From Candidatus Eiseniibacteriota bacterium (GTDB lineage: Bacteria > Eisenbacteria > RBG-16-71-46 > SZUA-252), in NCBI GenBank assembly GCA_031370645.1, contig JANMQV010000151.1, forward strand, positions 10,416 through 74,415: DNA of 64,000 bases, read 5' to 3'. Shown in pieces: positions 30,188 to 39,943 of the stretch. The translations under genes were made by a program, and so were the position numbers. Below the pieces are notes generated by a model. That model was not told the origin of the DNA, made no database searches, and saw nothing but the letters and a program-made list of their open reading frames with translations. The stretch's first letter is position 1. Each line of letters opens with the position of its first letter.

Positions 30188-31174
30188 GTGACGGTGGACG
30201 CCGCTCCGAGCCGCATCCACCTCTACCGTCCCCACAATCAGTTCGGCGATCTCCTCTTGAACGTGCCGGCCATCCGGGCCGTGCGCGAGCGCTTTCCCGC
30301 CGCGCACCTGACACTCGTCGTGGGAAGGCAGAATGCCGCCGCCGTCGTGGGGCAAGCGTGGGCCGACGAGGTCCGCGTCGTCGACACGAAGAACTTCATC
30401 GGCGTCGCGCGCGCGGCGCTTCGCCGCGGGCCGCGCCCCGACCTCGCGATCTCCTTCACGACCGTCTCCTACTCCCGAAGCGGATCTCTCCTCGTCGCCC
30501 TCTCGGGCGCCCGCGAGCGGCTGGGGTTCAATGCGAGCCGCTGGAACGAGCGCGATGCCGCGCGGCTGACGCGCGTCGTTCCGTATCCGGAAGGGACGCC
30601 GCATCAATCGGAAGTCTCGATGGCGCTCGCGCGCGCGGCCGGCGCGGAGCGGAAACCGCCGCCTCCCTATTTCGTCGCCGACGCCGCTTCCGTTGCGCTC
30701 GCGCCGGAGGGCGCCGTCTACCTTCACCCCGGCGCCGGGAAGTTGAAGAACCGCTGGCCGGCCGATCGCTTCGCCGCGCTGGCGCGGGAACTCCTTCATC
30801 GCGGCCGGGAAGTCTGGCTGCTCGAGGGGCCGCAGGACGGCGGCACGGTGGAGGCGGTGCAGGCGTCGCTCGGCCGGGCGCTTCCGGTGGTGCGGGGCGA
30901 ATCGATCTCGCAACTGGCGGGGCGGTTCGCGCGTGCGTCGCTCTACATTGGAAACGACACCGGCCCGCTCCATCTCGCGGGCGCGGTCGGTGCTCCAACG
31001 GTCGGGATTTACGGCTGGAGCGATCCGCGCGAGTGGGCCCCTGTCGGGCGCCTGGTCCGCACGGTTCGCGCGGCCGATGCTTCGCTCGATTCGATCGATC
31101 CTGTGTCGGTGCTCGACGCCGCGCTCCCGCTTCTCGCCATGGAAGGAACGGAGGAACGATGCGCCACGAAGTGA
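30188..31174 (+). CDS. GT9 (heptosyltransferase-like) glycosyltransferase
   Basis: GDLLLNVPAIRAVRERFP, HPGAG..RWP, GNDTGPLHLA.AVG.PTVGIYG. Confidence 0.9.
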   Translation: MTVDAAPSRIHLYRPHNQFGDLLLNVPAIRAVRERFPAAHLTLVVGRQNAAAVVGQAWADEVRVVDTKNFIGVARAALRRGPRPDLAISFTTVSYSRSGSLLVALSGARERLGFNASRWNERDAARLTRVVPYPEGTPHQSEVSMALARAAGAERKPPPPYFVADAASVALAPEGAVYLHPGAGKLKNRWPADRFAALARELLHRGREVWLLEGPQDGGTVEAVQASLGRALPVVRGESISQLAGRFARASLYIGNDTGPLHLAGAVGAPTVGIYGWSDPREWAPVGRLVRTVRAADASLDSIDPVSVLDAALPLLAMEGTEERCATK

Positions 31175-33180
31175 GAATCGCGGGAGCCCGGTTGGCCCGG
31201 TTGGGGGCGGGGTTCGCGCTGGCCGTTTGCTGCACCGGGGTCGCCATCGCGATTGCCATCACCATCACCATCACCGTCGTCCCGTCCGCGGATGCGGCCG
31301 CCCTGCTCACCCTGTCCGCGTCCTCCGAAGCGGCATTTCTCAAATCGGAAGGGAGCCGCGACACGACCGGCCTCGCCTCCCTCGCTCGGCATGACGCGAA
31401 GCCTGCGGTTCGGGCCCGCGCCGCTCGGGCTCTCGGGCACATCGGGAGCCGCGGAAGCCGCGCGCCTCTCGAGGCAGCGCTTCGCGATCCTTCCGCACTC
31501 GTTCGGCGGGAGGCGGCGTTCGCACTCGGCCTCGTCGCCGACTCCCTCGCCGCGCCGGCGGTCGTGGAGCGCCTGGCCCGCGAGCCCGACCCCGCCACGC
31601 GCGTCGCCCTCGTGACAACGCTCGGAAATCTCGGTGCGCGTTCGGGCGGCGGCGTCGGGAGGGTGCTCGCCTCATCGCTCCGTTCGCCGCGCGCACCGGA
31701 GCGATGGGCCGCCGCGTTCGCGGCCGCCCGGCTTCGCGACTCCTCGGTCGTCGAGCCGCTCACTCGCGCGACACGCGATCCACGCCCCGATCTCCGCTGG
31801 AGGGCGGCCTACGCTCTCGGGAAAATCGGCGATCGCCGTGGCGCGACGGCGCTTCGCACCCTCTCCTTCGACCGCGATCCCATGGTTCGGGCCATCGCGG
31901 CCCGCGCGATCGGGGAAGTGGGCGACTCGACCGCGACCGCACGGCTGGGGGCGCTCCTCCACGACGAGGCGTGGCGCGTGCGCGTGAACGCCGCGGCTTC
32001 GCTCGGCACGCTCAAGATCGCGCGCGAGTCGCGCACGCTCCTTCCGCATCTGGACGATCCGCATGCCCACGTCCGCTGGCAGGTGGCGATCTCGCTCGGA
32101 GCGCTCCGCGATTCGCTCGCCGTGCCGGCGCTTCTGAAAGCGCTCGGCGATTCCTCGACCGGCGTCGTTCAGGCGGCGGCCATCTCGCTCCTCAAGATCC
32201 AGGGCGATCGAGCCGTCCCGGCGATCGCGCCGGCGCTCGATTTGCTTCCGGCCTTCCTTCGCGGCGGTCTGGCCGAGGCGCTCGGCGACACGGAGGGACC
32301 GTCCGCCCGCGAGCTGATGCTCGCCCGCGCGGCACAGAGCGGAGATCCTTCGCAGTCGGCGGGAGCCGCATCGGCGCTCGCGAAGCGCCCGGAGGCGCGC
32401 GACGCATCGATTCCGGTGCTCCGTCCGCTCCTTCAAGATCGCGACTTCAGCGTCGTCTGTTCGGCCGCCGAGGCGCTCGGGACGCTTCGGGATTCAGCCT
32501 CGGTTCCCGCGCTCACGGCGCTCTTCGCGAGGCGCACAACACCGCAGGACGCCGACGTCCGCTCCTCCGCCGCCACAGCACTCGCCTCGCTCGCGACACG
32601 TGACGCGCTCGCTGCGCTCCGCGGTGCGCTCCACGATCCCGACCGGCGCGTCCGCGAGATCGCCGTCCACGCGCTCGAACTTCCGGCCGACTCGATCGTT
32701 TCTGGGGGCGCCCCGTCGCCGCCGCTCAAGACCCGCGCCACGCCGGCGACGGAGGGGCGGCGCTTGACCGCCGTCGTCACGACGGAGCGGGGCGCCATCA
32801 CGATTGCGCTCGATCCCGCCGCGGCGCCCGAAAACGTGGAGAACTTCGCTTCGCTCGCGCGGGCCGGCTTCTTCGACGGGATTCAGTTTCACCGCGTCGT
32901 TCCGAACTTCGTGATTCAGGCGGGCTGTCCGCGCGGCGACGGCTGGGGCGGACCAGGGTACGCCATCCCCTGCGAGTACGACGATCGTCCCTACGAAATC
33001 GGCACGGTTGGAATGGCGCTCTCGGGGAAGGACACGGGCGGGAGCCAGTGGTTCGTAACGCTCTCCCCGCAACCGCGGCTCGAAGGGCGCTACTCGATCC
33101 TCGGCAAGGTGACGCTGGGGCTCGACGTGGCGGAACGGATCATGCCGGGCGACCGGATCGTGAAGATCACGATCCGATAA
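31159..33180 (+). CDS. Secreted HEAT-repeat protein fused to a cyclophilin-type peptidyl-prolyl isomerase
   Basis: GGAGG RBS; signal peptide; many VR..AA.ALG repeats; FHRVVPNFVIQAG, GMALSGKDTGGSQWF. Confidence 0.9.
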   Translation: MRHEVRIAGARLARLGAGFALAVCCTGVAIAIAITITITVVPSADAAALLTLSASSEAAFLKSEGSRDTTGLASLARHDAKPAVRARAARALGHIGSRGSRAPLEAALRDPSALVRREAAFALGLVADSLAAPAVVERLAREPDPATRVALVTTLGNLGARSGGGVGRVLASSLRSPRAPERWAAAFAAARLRDSSVVEPLTRATRDPRPDLRWRAAYALGKIGDRRGATALRTLSFDRDPMVRAIAARAIGEVGDSTATARLGALLHDEAWRVRVNAAASLGTLKIARESRTLLPHLDDPHAHVRWQVAISLGALRDSLAVPALLKALGDSSTGVVQAAAISLLKIQGDRAVPAIAPALDLLPAFLRGGLAEALGDTEGPSARELMLARAAQSGDPSQSAGAASALAKRPEARDASIPVLRPLLQDRDFSVVCSAAEALGTLRDSASVPALTALFARRTTPQDADVRSSAATALASLATRDALAALRGALHDPDRRVREIAVHALELPADSIVSGGAPSPPLKTRATPATEGRRLTAVVTTERGAITIALDPAAAPENVENFASLARAGFFDGIQFHRVVPNFVIQAGCPRGDGWGGPGYAIPCEYDDRPYEIGTVGMALSGKDTGGSQWFVTLSPQPRLEGRYSILGKVTLGLDVAERIMPGDRIVKITIR

Positions 33181-33196
33181 GCGCGGCAGCGACCGC

Positions 33197-34081
33197 TCAG
33201 ACGATCGCGACCACCAGCCGTTCGAGCATCGACTTGAGCGGTACCGCGGCACCGGCGACCGCTTTCGTGACGTCGTCGTGGGAGAGGGGCGTGGCGGAGC
33301 GACCCGCGGCCCAGTTCGTGACGCAGGAGATGGCGACGCAGGGAAGCCCGAGCGTCGTAGCCTCCGCGGCTTCGGCACCGGTCGACATGCAGACCACGTC
33401 GGCGCCGAGCCGTTCCAACATGTCGATCTCCGCGGGCGTTTCGTAGGAGGGTCCGAGCATCACGCCGAGGACGCCCCGTTCGAGTCGCACGCCCGCCACG
33501 CCCGCCGCGCGCGACGCTTTCCCTTTCAGATCGGCATCGTAGACGGGGCGATGCGTCAGTCCGCGGCCGAGACCCGCTGCGCTCTCTTCCGATTCCGGCG
33601 CGAACGCCCCCACGCCTCGAAGGGGCGATCGCCACTGCAGATTCACCTGATCCTCGATCAGGACGAGGGCCCCGGGCGACATGCAGGGAGCGATCCCTCC
33701 CGCGGCGTTCGTGAGGACGAGCCCCTTGGCGCCGAGCGCGGCCAAAAGCCGCGTCATTCGCGTGACGACCTCCGGTTCGTACCCCTCGTAGAGATGCAAG
33801 CGCCCTTGCGCGATCGCGACCGCGCGTCCCGCCCACCTTCCAAGAAGCAGCCGCCCCGCGTGACCCGCCACCGAGGATCGGGGCATTCCCGGAATATCGC
33901 CGTAGGGGATCGCCGCCTCCCAGGCCGTTCCTTCCGCGAGCACGCCGAGACCGCTCCCGAGGACCAGCGCCGCGCGCGGCACGAGCGGAGTGCGGCGGCG
34001 GACGACGGCGAGCGCTTCGTCGAGCGGAAAGGGAAGACTTGCGGGATCGGCGGTGAGCGACGGTTGGCGACGCGTCGACAT
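33197..34081 (-). CDS. Purine nucleoside phosphorylase (PNP-I type)
   Basis: VLGSGLG, GHAGRL, GRLHLYEG, TNAAGG, GPSYETPAE, MST, SCVTN. Confidence 0.92.
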   Translation of the reverse strand: MSTRRQPSLTADPASLPFPLDEALAVVRRRTPLVPRAALVLGSGLGVLAEGTAWEAAIPYGDIPGMPRSSVAGHAGRLLLGRWAGRAVAIAQGRLHLYEGYEPEVVTRMTRLLAALGAKGLVLTNAAGGIAPCMSPGALVLIEDQVNLQWRSPLRGVGAFAPESEESAAGLGRGLTHRPVYDADLKGKASRAAGVAGVRLERGVLGVMLGPSYETPAEIDMLERLGADVVCMSTGAEAAEATTLGLPCVAISCVTNWAAGRSATPLSHDDVTKAVAGAAVPLKSMLERLVVAIV

Positions 34082-34089
34082 CGGGCCCC

Positions 34090-34974
34090 TCACAGCGTGT
34101 CGGGGTCGAGCCGCGACTGCCGCGTGGCGGTGATGCGGAGCGCCCGGCGCGACAGGAAGATCAGATAGACGAGCGCCAGGAGAAAAGGCGCGATCTCAAA
34201 CGAAACCGCGGCGGGGCCGGAAACGCCGGCGTAGGGCCGAAGAGTACGCAGGAGCGCGATGCCCGCTGCAAGCAGGAGCGAGGGCGCGAACGCCCACCGC
34301 CCGGCGACCGCGCACGCGAGCGCCAGGAGCCCGATCGCCACCGGGGGCGAGGGCCCAGACTGCCGGAGGAGAAGGGCCGCCCCGGGAACGACGAAGAGCG
34401 ATCCGGCGGCGATTCCGAGGAGCCGCGTTCGGACGGCGCTCGCGCCCGGCACGCGAAGGCTCGGCGTTTCGCCGAAGGCGCGAAGACGAAGTCCGAACGG
34501 AGTCCGCCAGTAGATCCACGACGCGAGCGCGACCAAAAAGGGCGCCGCCACGAGCCAGGGGCTCCCGATCAGATCCTCCGCGTAGGTCCCGTCGAAAATG
34601 GTTCCGCGAATGAGTCCCGGCGCCGGCTGCTCGGTGAGGAGCGCGTGCGTGCCGCTCCGCGTGAGAAGTCCGAGACCGCAGGCGGCGACGAGGCTCGCCG
34701 CGAAGGCGCCGATGGCGCGGTCGGTTCGAAGGAGTTGGAGCATGGTCCCGGTCGCGAGCGCGAAGAGCACGGCCGCCCCGGCGGCGATACCGGAAGCCGC
34801 GGCGTAGGAAGCGGTGGCGTCGTAGCCGGCGATGAAGCCGATCATCGCCGCGGCGATGCTCCCCTCCACGCCGAGTCCCGTGAAGCCGGCGCGCTCCCAG
34901 TAGAGGCAGGCGACGACGAAGAGCGCGAGCGCCCCCCACTCGATCGGGAAGCGGAGGAGCGGAATCCAGTTCAT
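34090..34974 (-). CDS. Nucleoside/sugar ABC transporter permease (divergent)
   Basis: ERAG..GLGVEG, RTPFGLRLRAFGE, about 8-9 TMs. Confidence 0.75.
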   Translation of the reverse strand: MNWIPLLRFPIEWGALALFVVACLYWERAGFTGLGVEGSIAAAMIGFIAGYDATASYAAASGIAAGAAVLFALATGTMLQLLRTDRAIGAFAASLVAACGLGLLTRSGTHALLTEQPAPGLIRGTIFDGTYAEDLIGSPWLVAAPFLVALASWIYWRTPFGLRLRAFGETPSLRVPGASAVRTRLLGIAAGSLFVVPGAALLLRQSGPSPPVAIGLLALACAVAGRWAFAPSLLLAAGIALLRTLRPYAGVSGPAAVSFEIAPFLLALVYLIFLSRRALRITATRQSRLDPDTL

Positions 34975-34985
34975 GCGCGTGGGGC

Positions 34986-35621
34986 TCAGCGCTTCTCGGC
35001 GAGTAGCGCCCGGATCTTGGTCTTCAGGAGGTCGATGGCGACCACGTTATAGCCGCCCTCCGGAATGACGAGGTCGGCATAACGCTTGGAGGGCTCCACG
35101 AATTGAAGATGCATGGGGCGCACGCTCGACTCGTATTGGCGAATGATCGAGTCGAGGGTGCGCCCCCGCTCGGTCAGGTCGCGCTTCAAGCGGCGGATGA
35201 AGCGTATGTCGGGGTCGGCGTCGACGTAGAGCTTGATGTCCATCAGCTGGCGGATCGCCGGATCCTCGAGGATCAGGAGTCCGTCGAGAATGATGATCGG
35301 GCGAGCCTTCACGCGGACCGGCTCGGGGAGCCGCGTGTGGGTGCGCATGTCGTAAACCGGCATCGCGATTTCGCCGCCGTTCAGGAGCGTCTCGATGTGC
35401 TGGCGCAAGAGTTCGCGGTCGAAGGCGTCGGGATGGTCGAAGTTGTGATTCTCGCGCTCTCCGAGCGGGATGCTCTGGAGATCGCGGTAGTAGGAGTCCT
35501 GCTCGATCAGGAGGACCTTGTCCTGCCCCAGGTCCTGCGCGATCGACTGCGCCACGAGCGTTTTCCCCGCCCCGGTTCCCCCCGCGATCCCGATCAGGAT
35601 CCCGCGCCCGCGCGCCGGCAT
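34986..35621 (-). CDS. udk: Uridine kinase
   Basis: IGIAGGTGAGKT, QDSYY, NFDHPDAFD, RRLKRD..ERGR, FVEPSKRYAD. Confidence 0.96.
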   Translation of the reverse strand: MPARGRGILIGIAGGTGAGKTLVAQSIAQDLGQDKVLLIEQDSYYRDLQSIPLGERENHNFDHPDAFDRELLRQHIETLLNGGEIAMPVYDMRTHTRLPEPVRVKARPIIILDGLLILEDPAIRQLMDIKLYVDADPDIRFIRRLKRDLTERGRTLDSIIRQYESSVRPMHLQFVEPSKRYADLVIPEGGYNVVAIDLLKTKIRALLAEKR

Positions 35622-35623
35622 CG

Positions 35624-36172
35624 CTACGCCACCTCTTCGTGACGGCCTTCCGCCTCGATCTCGGCGGGGCTCAGCGCGGCGATGTAGGGGAGGTGGCGGA
35701 AGCGTTAGGCGAAATCGAGTCCGTAGCCCACGAGGAAACGGTCGGGAACCTGGAATCCGACGTAGTCGAGCGGCACCTCGCGCTCGCGACGGTCCGTCTT
35801 GTCGAGCAGCGTCGCGATGCGAAGCGACCGCGGCGATCGCCCGAGAAGCGTTTCCCGGAGGAAATGGAGCGTGTGCCCGCTATCGACGATGTCCTCCACG
35901 AGGATCACATCGCGTCCGGCGATGTCCCGCTCGAGGTCTTTCACGAGGCGTGGGTCGCGGCTCGATTGGGCGGCGGTGCCGTAGGAAGAGACGCTCACGA
36001 AATCGAGTTCATGCGGAATGGCGATGGCCTGCATCAGGTCGGAGATGAAACAGATGCAGCCGTTCAGCACTCCGACGAGGAGCGGGGTGCTGTCGGGATA
36101 GTCGCGGGCGATCTGATTTCCAAGCTCGCAGACGCGGCGCCGGATATCCGCCGATGCGATCAGGACTTCCAT
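35624..36172 (-). pseudogene. hpt: Hypoxanthine phosphoribosyltransferase with an in-frame TAA at 35705-35707 (nonsense allele or sequence error)
   Basis: VGVLNG..FISDL, SSYG, VILVEDIVDSGHTL, FLVGYGLDFA*RFRHLPYIAAL; frame continues to TAG 35624-35626 next to the udk start. Confidence 0.85.
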
Positions 36173-36206
36173 GAGGCGTGGCACCTCCCGAGGGGTCGTT
36201 TCGCGC

Positions 36207-36235
36207 ACTCTAGCACCCCCCCCGGGGGGTGTCAA
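36207..36235 (-). promoter_or_regulatory. Sigma70-type promoter of the hpt-udk-permease-PNP operon
   Basis: Minus strand TTGACA-N17-TAGAGT with extended TG. Confidence 0.75.
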
Positions 36236-36242
36236 ATCAGGC

Positions 36243-36269
36243 GCAAGTTCCAGGCGCATAGGCCGATAT
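36243..36269 (+). promoter_or_regulatory. Sigma28-like promoter motif
   Basis: GCAAGTT-N12-GCCGATAT, divergent from the hpt promoter. Confidence 0.5.
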
Positions 36270-36316
36270 ATGCCGAGACGATTGGCACGTGACAGACATG
36301 CCGGGAGGGGACGATC

Positions 36317-36709
36317 GTGGCGGCGACGACAACGGTTGCAGAGCGGCGGGGTGTGAAGCGGCGGCGGACCGATCGCCGGGCGGCGGGCCGGCTGGAACGG
36401 CGGATGTATTTTCTGCTCTGGGGGGTCGGGATCCTCAACTACGCCGACGCCGCGCAGACCATCTACCTCCTGAACGTGAAATTCATGGTCGAGGCGAACC
36501 GCTTCATGGCGTTTCTCCTCGACCATTCGCCGTACGTCTTCTGGATGTACAAGACGCTCGTGCCGACGCTCGGCTGCGTCCTCCTCTGGCGCTTCCGCAA
36601 CAAGGTGAAGTGGCTCCCCGGCGCCGTCATCACGGTCTTCGCCGTCTACCTGACGGTCGTGATCCGGAGCTTCCTCTACATGCTCCTCCCCACCGTTCCA
36701 CCGGCCTAA
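36317..36709 (+). CDS. Small membrane protein (DUF5658-like)
   Basis: GGGAGGGG RBS; ERR/DRR N-terminus; LNYADA.QT..LL...VEANRFM; 3 TMs. Confidence 0.7.
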   Translation: MAATTTVAERRGVKRRRTDRRAAGRLERRMYFLLWGVGILNYADAAQTIYLLNVKFMVEANRFMAFLLDHSPYVFWMYKTLVPTLGCVLLWRFRNKVKWLPGAVITVFAVYLTVVIRSFLYMLLPTVPPA

Positions 36710-36721
36710 GGGATTCGGAAC

Positions 36722-37546
36722 ATGGGCGAGCACTATCTCAGGCTGGCGTCGATCGGGGGCGAAGGGGGCGCGCCGCCTCCGGCGGGCCCCGCCACGCGCG
36801 AGGACGTCGGATACTTCTTCATCAATTCGTTCCTCCTCTCGCGCATCGATTCCGACATGCCGTCTGACTTGAAGGAATACGACGAGGACGTGAACGTCTA
36901 CACGGCCTCGCTCTTGGCCGGCATCGTGACGGGGCGCGAGGATCTCCTCCGCGCCGACCTCGTGTCGCCGCGGGACACGGATGTCTTCGCCCGCGTGCAG
37001 GAGAGCAAGGACCGCCGCTATCGCTACCAGGTCTACAAGGCGAACGCCGATTTCATCTACGTCTCGCTCGGCATCTTCAGCGGCGGCGCGGCGCCACGCG
37101 GCCCCGTGGCGGAGGACCTGGAAGAGCGCGAGCAGCACCAGACCGGCCGCGGGAAGTCGTACTACCACTTCGCCGCCGCGTACGCGGAACGGCTCTACGG
37201 AAGCCGCGCCGGCGTGGCCGAGGTCATGGACAAGCTGTCGCGGAATTTCGAGTGCTACACGAAGGTGATGGCGTGGATGAGCGGCGAATATCTTCACCTC
37301 CTTCGGCGGATCAGCGACGGCGAGGTCTACCACCTGAACCGCGACGCGCAGAGCCGCTTCGAAGTCGCGCACAAGACGCACATCTGGGACGAACTCCTCG
37401 ACTCGTATGTGACGTGGCAGAAGACGCACGCCGCCGAGGCGCGCCGTCGCCTCCACCGCGCCGCGCGCGAGCTGCGAAAGATCGATCCCGACTTCTCGTT
37501 CCGCGCGTTCCGCGAGCGCTGGAACGACCGCCGACCCTCCGTTTGA
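36722..37546 (+). CDS. Hypothetical soluble protein
   Basis: Codon usage matches neighbouring genes; helical-looking; DEDVNVY..SLL, YKANADF, GKSYYHFAA. Confidence 0.75.
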   Translation: MGEHYLRLASIGGEGGAPPPAGPATREDVGYFFINSFLLSRIDSDMPSDLKEYDEDVNVYTASLLAGIVTGREDLLRADLVSPRDTDVFARVQESKDRRYRYQVYKANADFIYVSLGIFSGGAAPRGPVAEDLEEREQHQTGRGKSYYHFAAAYAERLYGSRAGVAEVMDKLSRNFECYTKVMAWMSGEYLHLLRRISDGEVYHLNRDAQSRFEVAHKTHIWDELLDSYVTWQKTHAAEARRRLHRAARELRKIDPDFSFRAFRERWNDRRPSV

Positions 37547-37572
37547 CGGGCCGGCGGCCGCTGCCGTAGGCT
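37543..37572 (+). promoter_or_regulatory. Sigma70-type promoter, 8 nt before the hom ATG
   Basis: TTGACG-N18-TAGGCT. Confidence 0.65.
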
Positions 37573-37580
37573 CCGGGCTC

Positions 37581-38885
37581 ATGTCTTCCACTCCGGTTCG
37601 CGTCGGACTTCTCGGTTGTGGTGTCGTGGGGAGCGGTCTCCTGGGTCTTCTGGGAGCGCGCGAGCGCGCCGTCGCAGAGGCGGCCGGAGGGCCGATCCGC
37701 GTCACGCGAATCGCCGTGCGCGAGCCGGGGAAGCGCCGCGAACTCGATTTGCGCGGGATTTCCCTCGGTGACGATTCGATGGCGGTGGTGAACGCCGACG
37801 ACGTCGACGTGATCGTGGAGTTGATGGGCGGGCTCGACCCGGCGTATCCCGCCGTTCGCCGCGCGCTCGAGCGCGGACTCCCCGTCATCACCGCGAACAA
37901 GCACCTGATCTCGGTACACGGCCCGGAACTCGAAGTGCTCGCGGCGAAGAGCGGCAGCGTGCTTCGTCACGAGGCCTCGGTGGCCGGGGTGATTCCGGTG
38001 CTCCAGTCGCTCGACCAGGGTCTCCGCACGGAGCGCTTCTCGCTTCTCGTCGGCATTCTGAACGGCACGACGAATTTCATTCTCTCCACGATGGAGCGGG
38101 AAGGGCGCGATTTCTCCGAGGCGCTCGAGGCGGCGCGCGCGCTCGGGTTCGCCGAGGCCGATCCCTCGCTCGATCTCTCCGGCGCCGACACGGCCCAGAA
38201 ACTGACGCTTCTCGCGCGCCGCGCCTTTCGCACCGACGTTCCCCACAACTCCATTCCGACCGAAGGGATCGTCGGCATGGAGTTGGAGGATCTCCGGCAG
38301 GCCGAGCGTTTCGGCTACGTGGTGAAACTCCTCGGCATCGGCCAACGGACGACGGAGGGGCTCGATCTTCGCGTCCACCCGGCCTTCATTCCGCGCCGCT
38401 ACCTCCTGGCGTCGGTCCGGGACGAATTCAACGGCGTCTATCTCCGGGGCGAAGCGTCGGGCTCCATGCTTCTCTACGGAAAGGGCGCGGGAGCGCTTCC
38501 GACCGCGCAGGCGGTCCTCGGCGACCTGATCTCGATCGTCCGCGAGAAGCGCCTTCGCGGGAGCGCGGCCCCGGCGCCTCAGCCGCCGCCGCCGGTGCCC
38601 GATCCCGAAGCGAGGCTCTCCCTCGACGACGTCCGGACGAAGTACTACGTCCGCCTTCTGGTGGACGACAAGCCGGGCGTGCTCGCCCAGATCTCGCAGC
38701 GGCTCGGCGGCGCGCGGGTGAGCGTGGCGCAGATGTTCCAGGAACCGGGCACGCGCGGGGAGGCGTCGATCACGCTGCTCACGCACGAGGCGCGCGATCG
38801 GGACCTGCGCGACGCGGTCGCGGCGATCGGCTCCCTCGCCACCGTCCGACACACGCCGCGCGCCATCCGGATCTTCGACCGATGA
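37581..38885 (+). CDS. hom: Homoserine dehydrogenase with ACT domain
   Basis: [42 protein letters not shown]-terminal DKPGVLA. Confidence 0.96.
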   Translation: MSSTPVRVGLLGCGVVGSGLLGLLGARERAVAEAAGGPIRVTRIAVREPGKRRELDLRGISLGDDSMAVVNADDVDVIVELMGGLDPAYPAVRRALERGLPVITANKHLISVHGPELEVLAAKSGSVLRHEASVAGVIPVLQSLDQGLRTERFSLLVGILNGTTNFILSTMEREGRDFSEALEAARALGFAEADPSLDLSGADTAQKLTLLARRAFRTDVPHNSIPTEGIVGMELEDLRQAERFGYVVKLLGIGQRTTEGLDLRVHPAFIPRRYLLASVRDEFNGVYLRGEASGSMLLYGKGAGALPTAQAVLGDLISIVREKRLRGSAAPAPQPPPPVPDPEARLSLDDVRTKYYVRLLVDDKPGVLAQISQRLGGARVSVAQMFQEPGTRGEASITLLTHEARDRDLRDAVAAIGSLATVRHTPRAIRIFDR

Positions 38886-39943
38886 CGCCGCTTCCCTGGC
38901 GCGGGATCTGCCGCGAATTTCGCGAAATCCTTCCGCCGATTCCCGACGTCGCGGTCGTGACGCTGCTCGAAGGGAACACGCCGCTCGTGCCGGCGCCGCG
39001 GCTGGCCGCGCGCATCGCCCCCGGGTTCTCTCTCTATCTCAAAGTGGAAGGGGCGAACCCCACCGGCTCCTTCAAGGACCGCGGCATGACCGTGGCGGTC
39101 TCCCGCGCCGTCGCCGCCGGAGCGAAGGCGGTGATCTGCGCGTCGACCGGAAATACCTCGGCCTCCGCTGCGGCGTACGCGGGGCGGGCTGGGCTTCGCT
39201 GCGCGGTGGTCATTCCGGACGGGCAGATCGCGCTCGGCAAACTGGCGCAGGCGATGGTGCACGGCGCCAAGGTCGTCGCGGTGCGGGGGAATTTCGACCG
39301 GGCGCTCGAACTCGTCCGCCTCCTGGCCGAGGATGGGACGGCGGTCGTGGTCAATTCCATCAATCCCGATCGGATCGAAGGGCAGAAGACGATCGCCTGG
39401 GAGATCGCCGCGGCCCTCGGGCGCGTCCCCGAACTCCACGCGCTCCCCGTGGGGAACGCCGGAAACATCACGGCGGCGTGGAAGGGATGGACGGAACGCG
39501 ACGCCCGCGACGGGGGCGGGCGTCCGCGCATGCTCGGCTTCCAGGCGGAGGGGGCGGCGCCGATCGTGCGCGGCGAGAAGATCGCCGATCCGAAGACGAT
39601 CGCCACCGCCATCAAGATCGGAAACCCCGCCTCGTGGAAGGGAGCCACCGACGCGCGCGACGAATCGGGCGGCGCGATCGAATCCGTGACGGACGAGGAG
39701 ATCCTCGACGCCTACCGTCTCCTCGCCTCCATCGAGGGCGTCTTCGTCGAACCCGCGTCGGCGGCGGGAATCGCGGGACTCCTGAAGCTTGGCGCGCGCG
39801 GGGCGCTAAACGGCCGGATCACCGCGGTCTGCACCGTCACGGGACACGGGCTCAAGGACCCGGAGCGCGCCGTGAAGGTCTCCGGCGGGTTCGAAACGGT
39901 CGATGCCGAACCGGACATGCTTCGCCGGGCCATTCTCGCGTGA
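38882..39943 (+). CDS. thrC: Threonine synthase
   Basis: [41 protein letters not shown]. Confidence 0.97.
   Translation: MTPLPWRGICREFREILPPIPDVAVVTLLEGNTPLVPAPRLAARIAPGFSLYLKVEGANPTGSFKDRGMTVAVSRAVAAGAKAVICASTGNTSASAAAYAGRAGLRCAVVIPDGQIALGKLAQAMVHGAKVVAVRGNFDRALELVRLLAEDGTAVVVNSINPDRIEGQKTIAWEIAAALGRVPELHALPVGNAGNITAAWKGWTERDARDGGGRPRMLGFQAEGAAPIVRGEKIADPKTIATAIKIGNPASWKGATDARDESGGAIESVTDEEILDAYRLLASIEGVFVEPASAAGIAGLLKLGARGALNGRITAVCTVTGHGLKDPERAVKVSGGFETVDAEPDMLRRAILA

Noticed and set aside
31243-31281. (A/G)CCATC hexamer repeats
   Set aside because: In-frame low-complexity Ile/Thr/Ala stretch of a signal peptide; not a CRISPR or regulatory repeat
36204-36216. GCACTCTAGCAC resembling a CIRCE half-site
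   Set aside because: No second arm at 9-nt spacing; it is explained as the -10 region of the hpt promoter
35705-37900. 731-aa minus-strand ORF that looks like a large Hpt fusion
   Set aside because: Only the part from ATG 36172 is Hpt, which has its own promoter and RBS; the rest is antisense to three plus-strand genes
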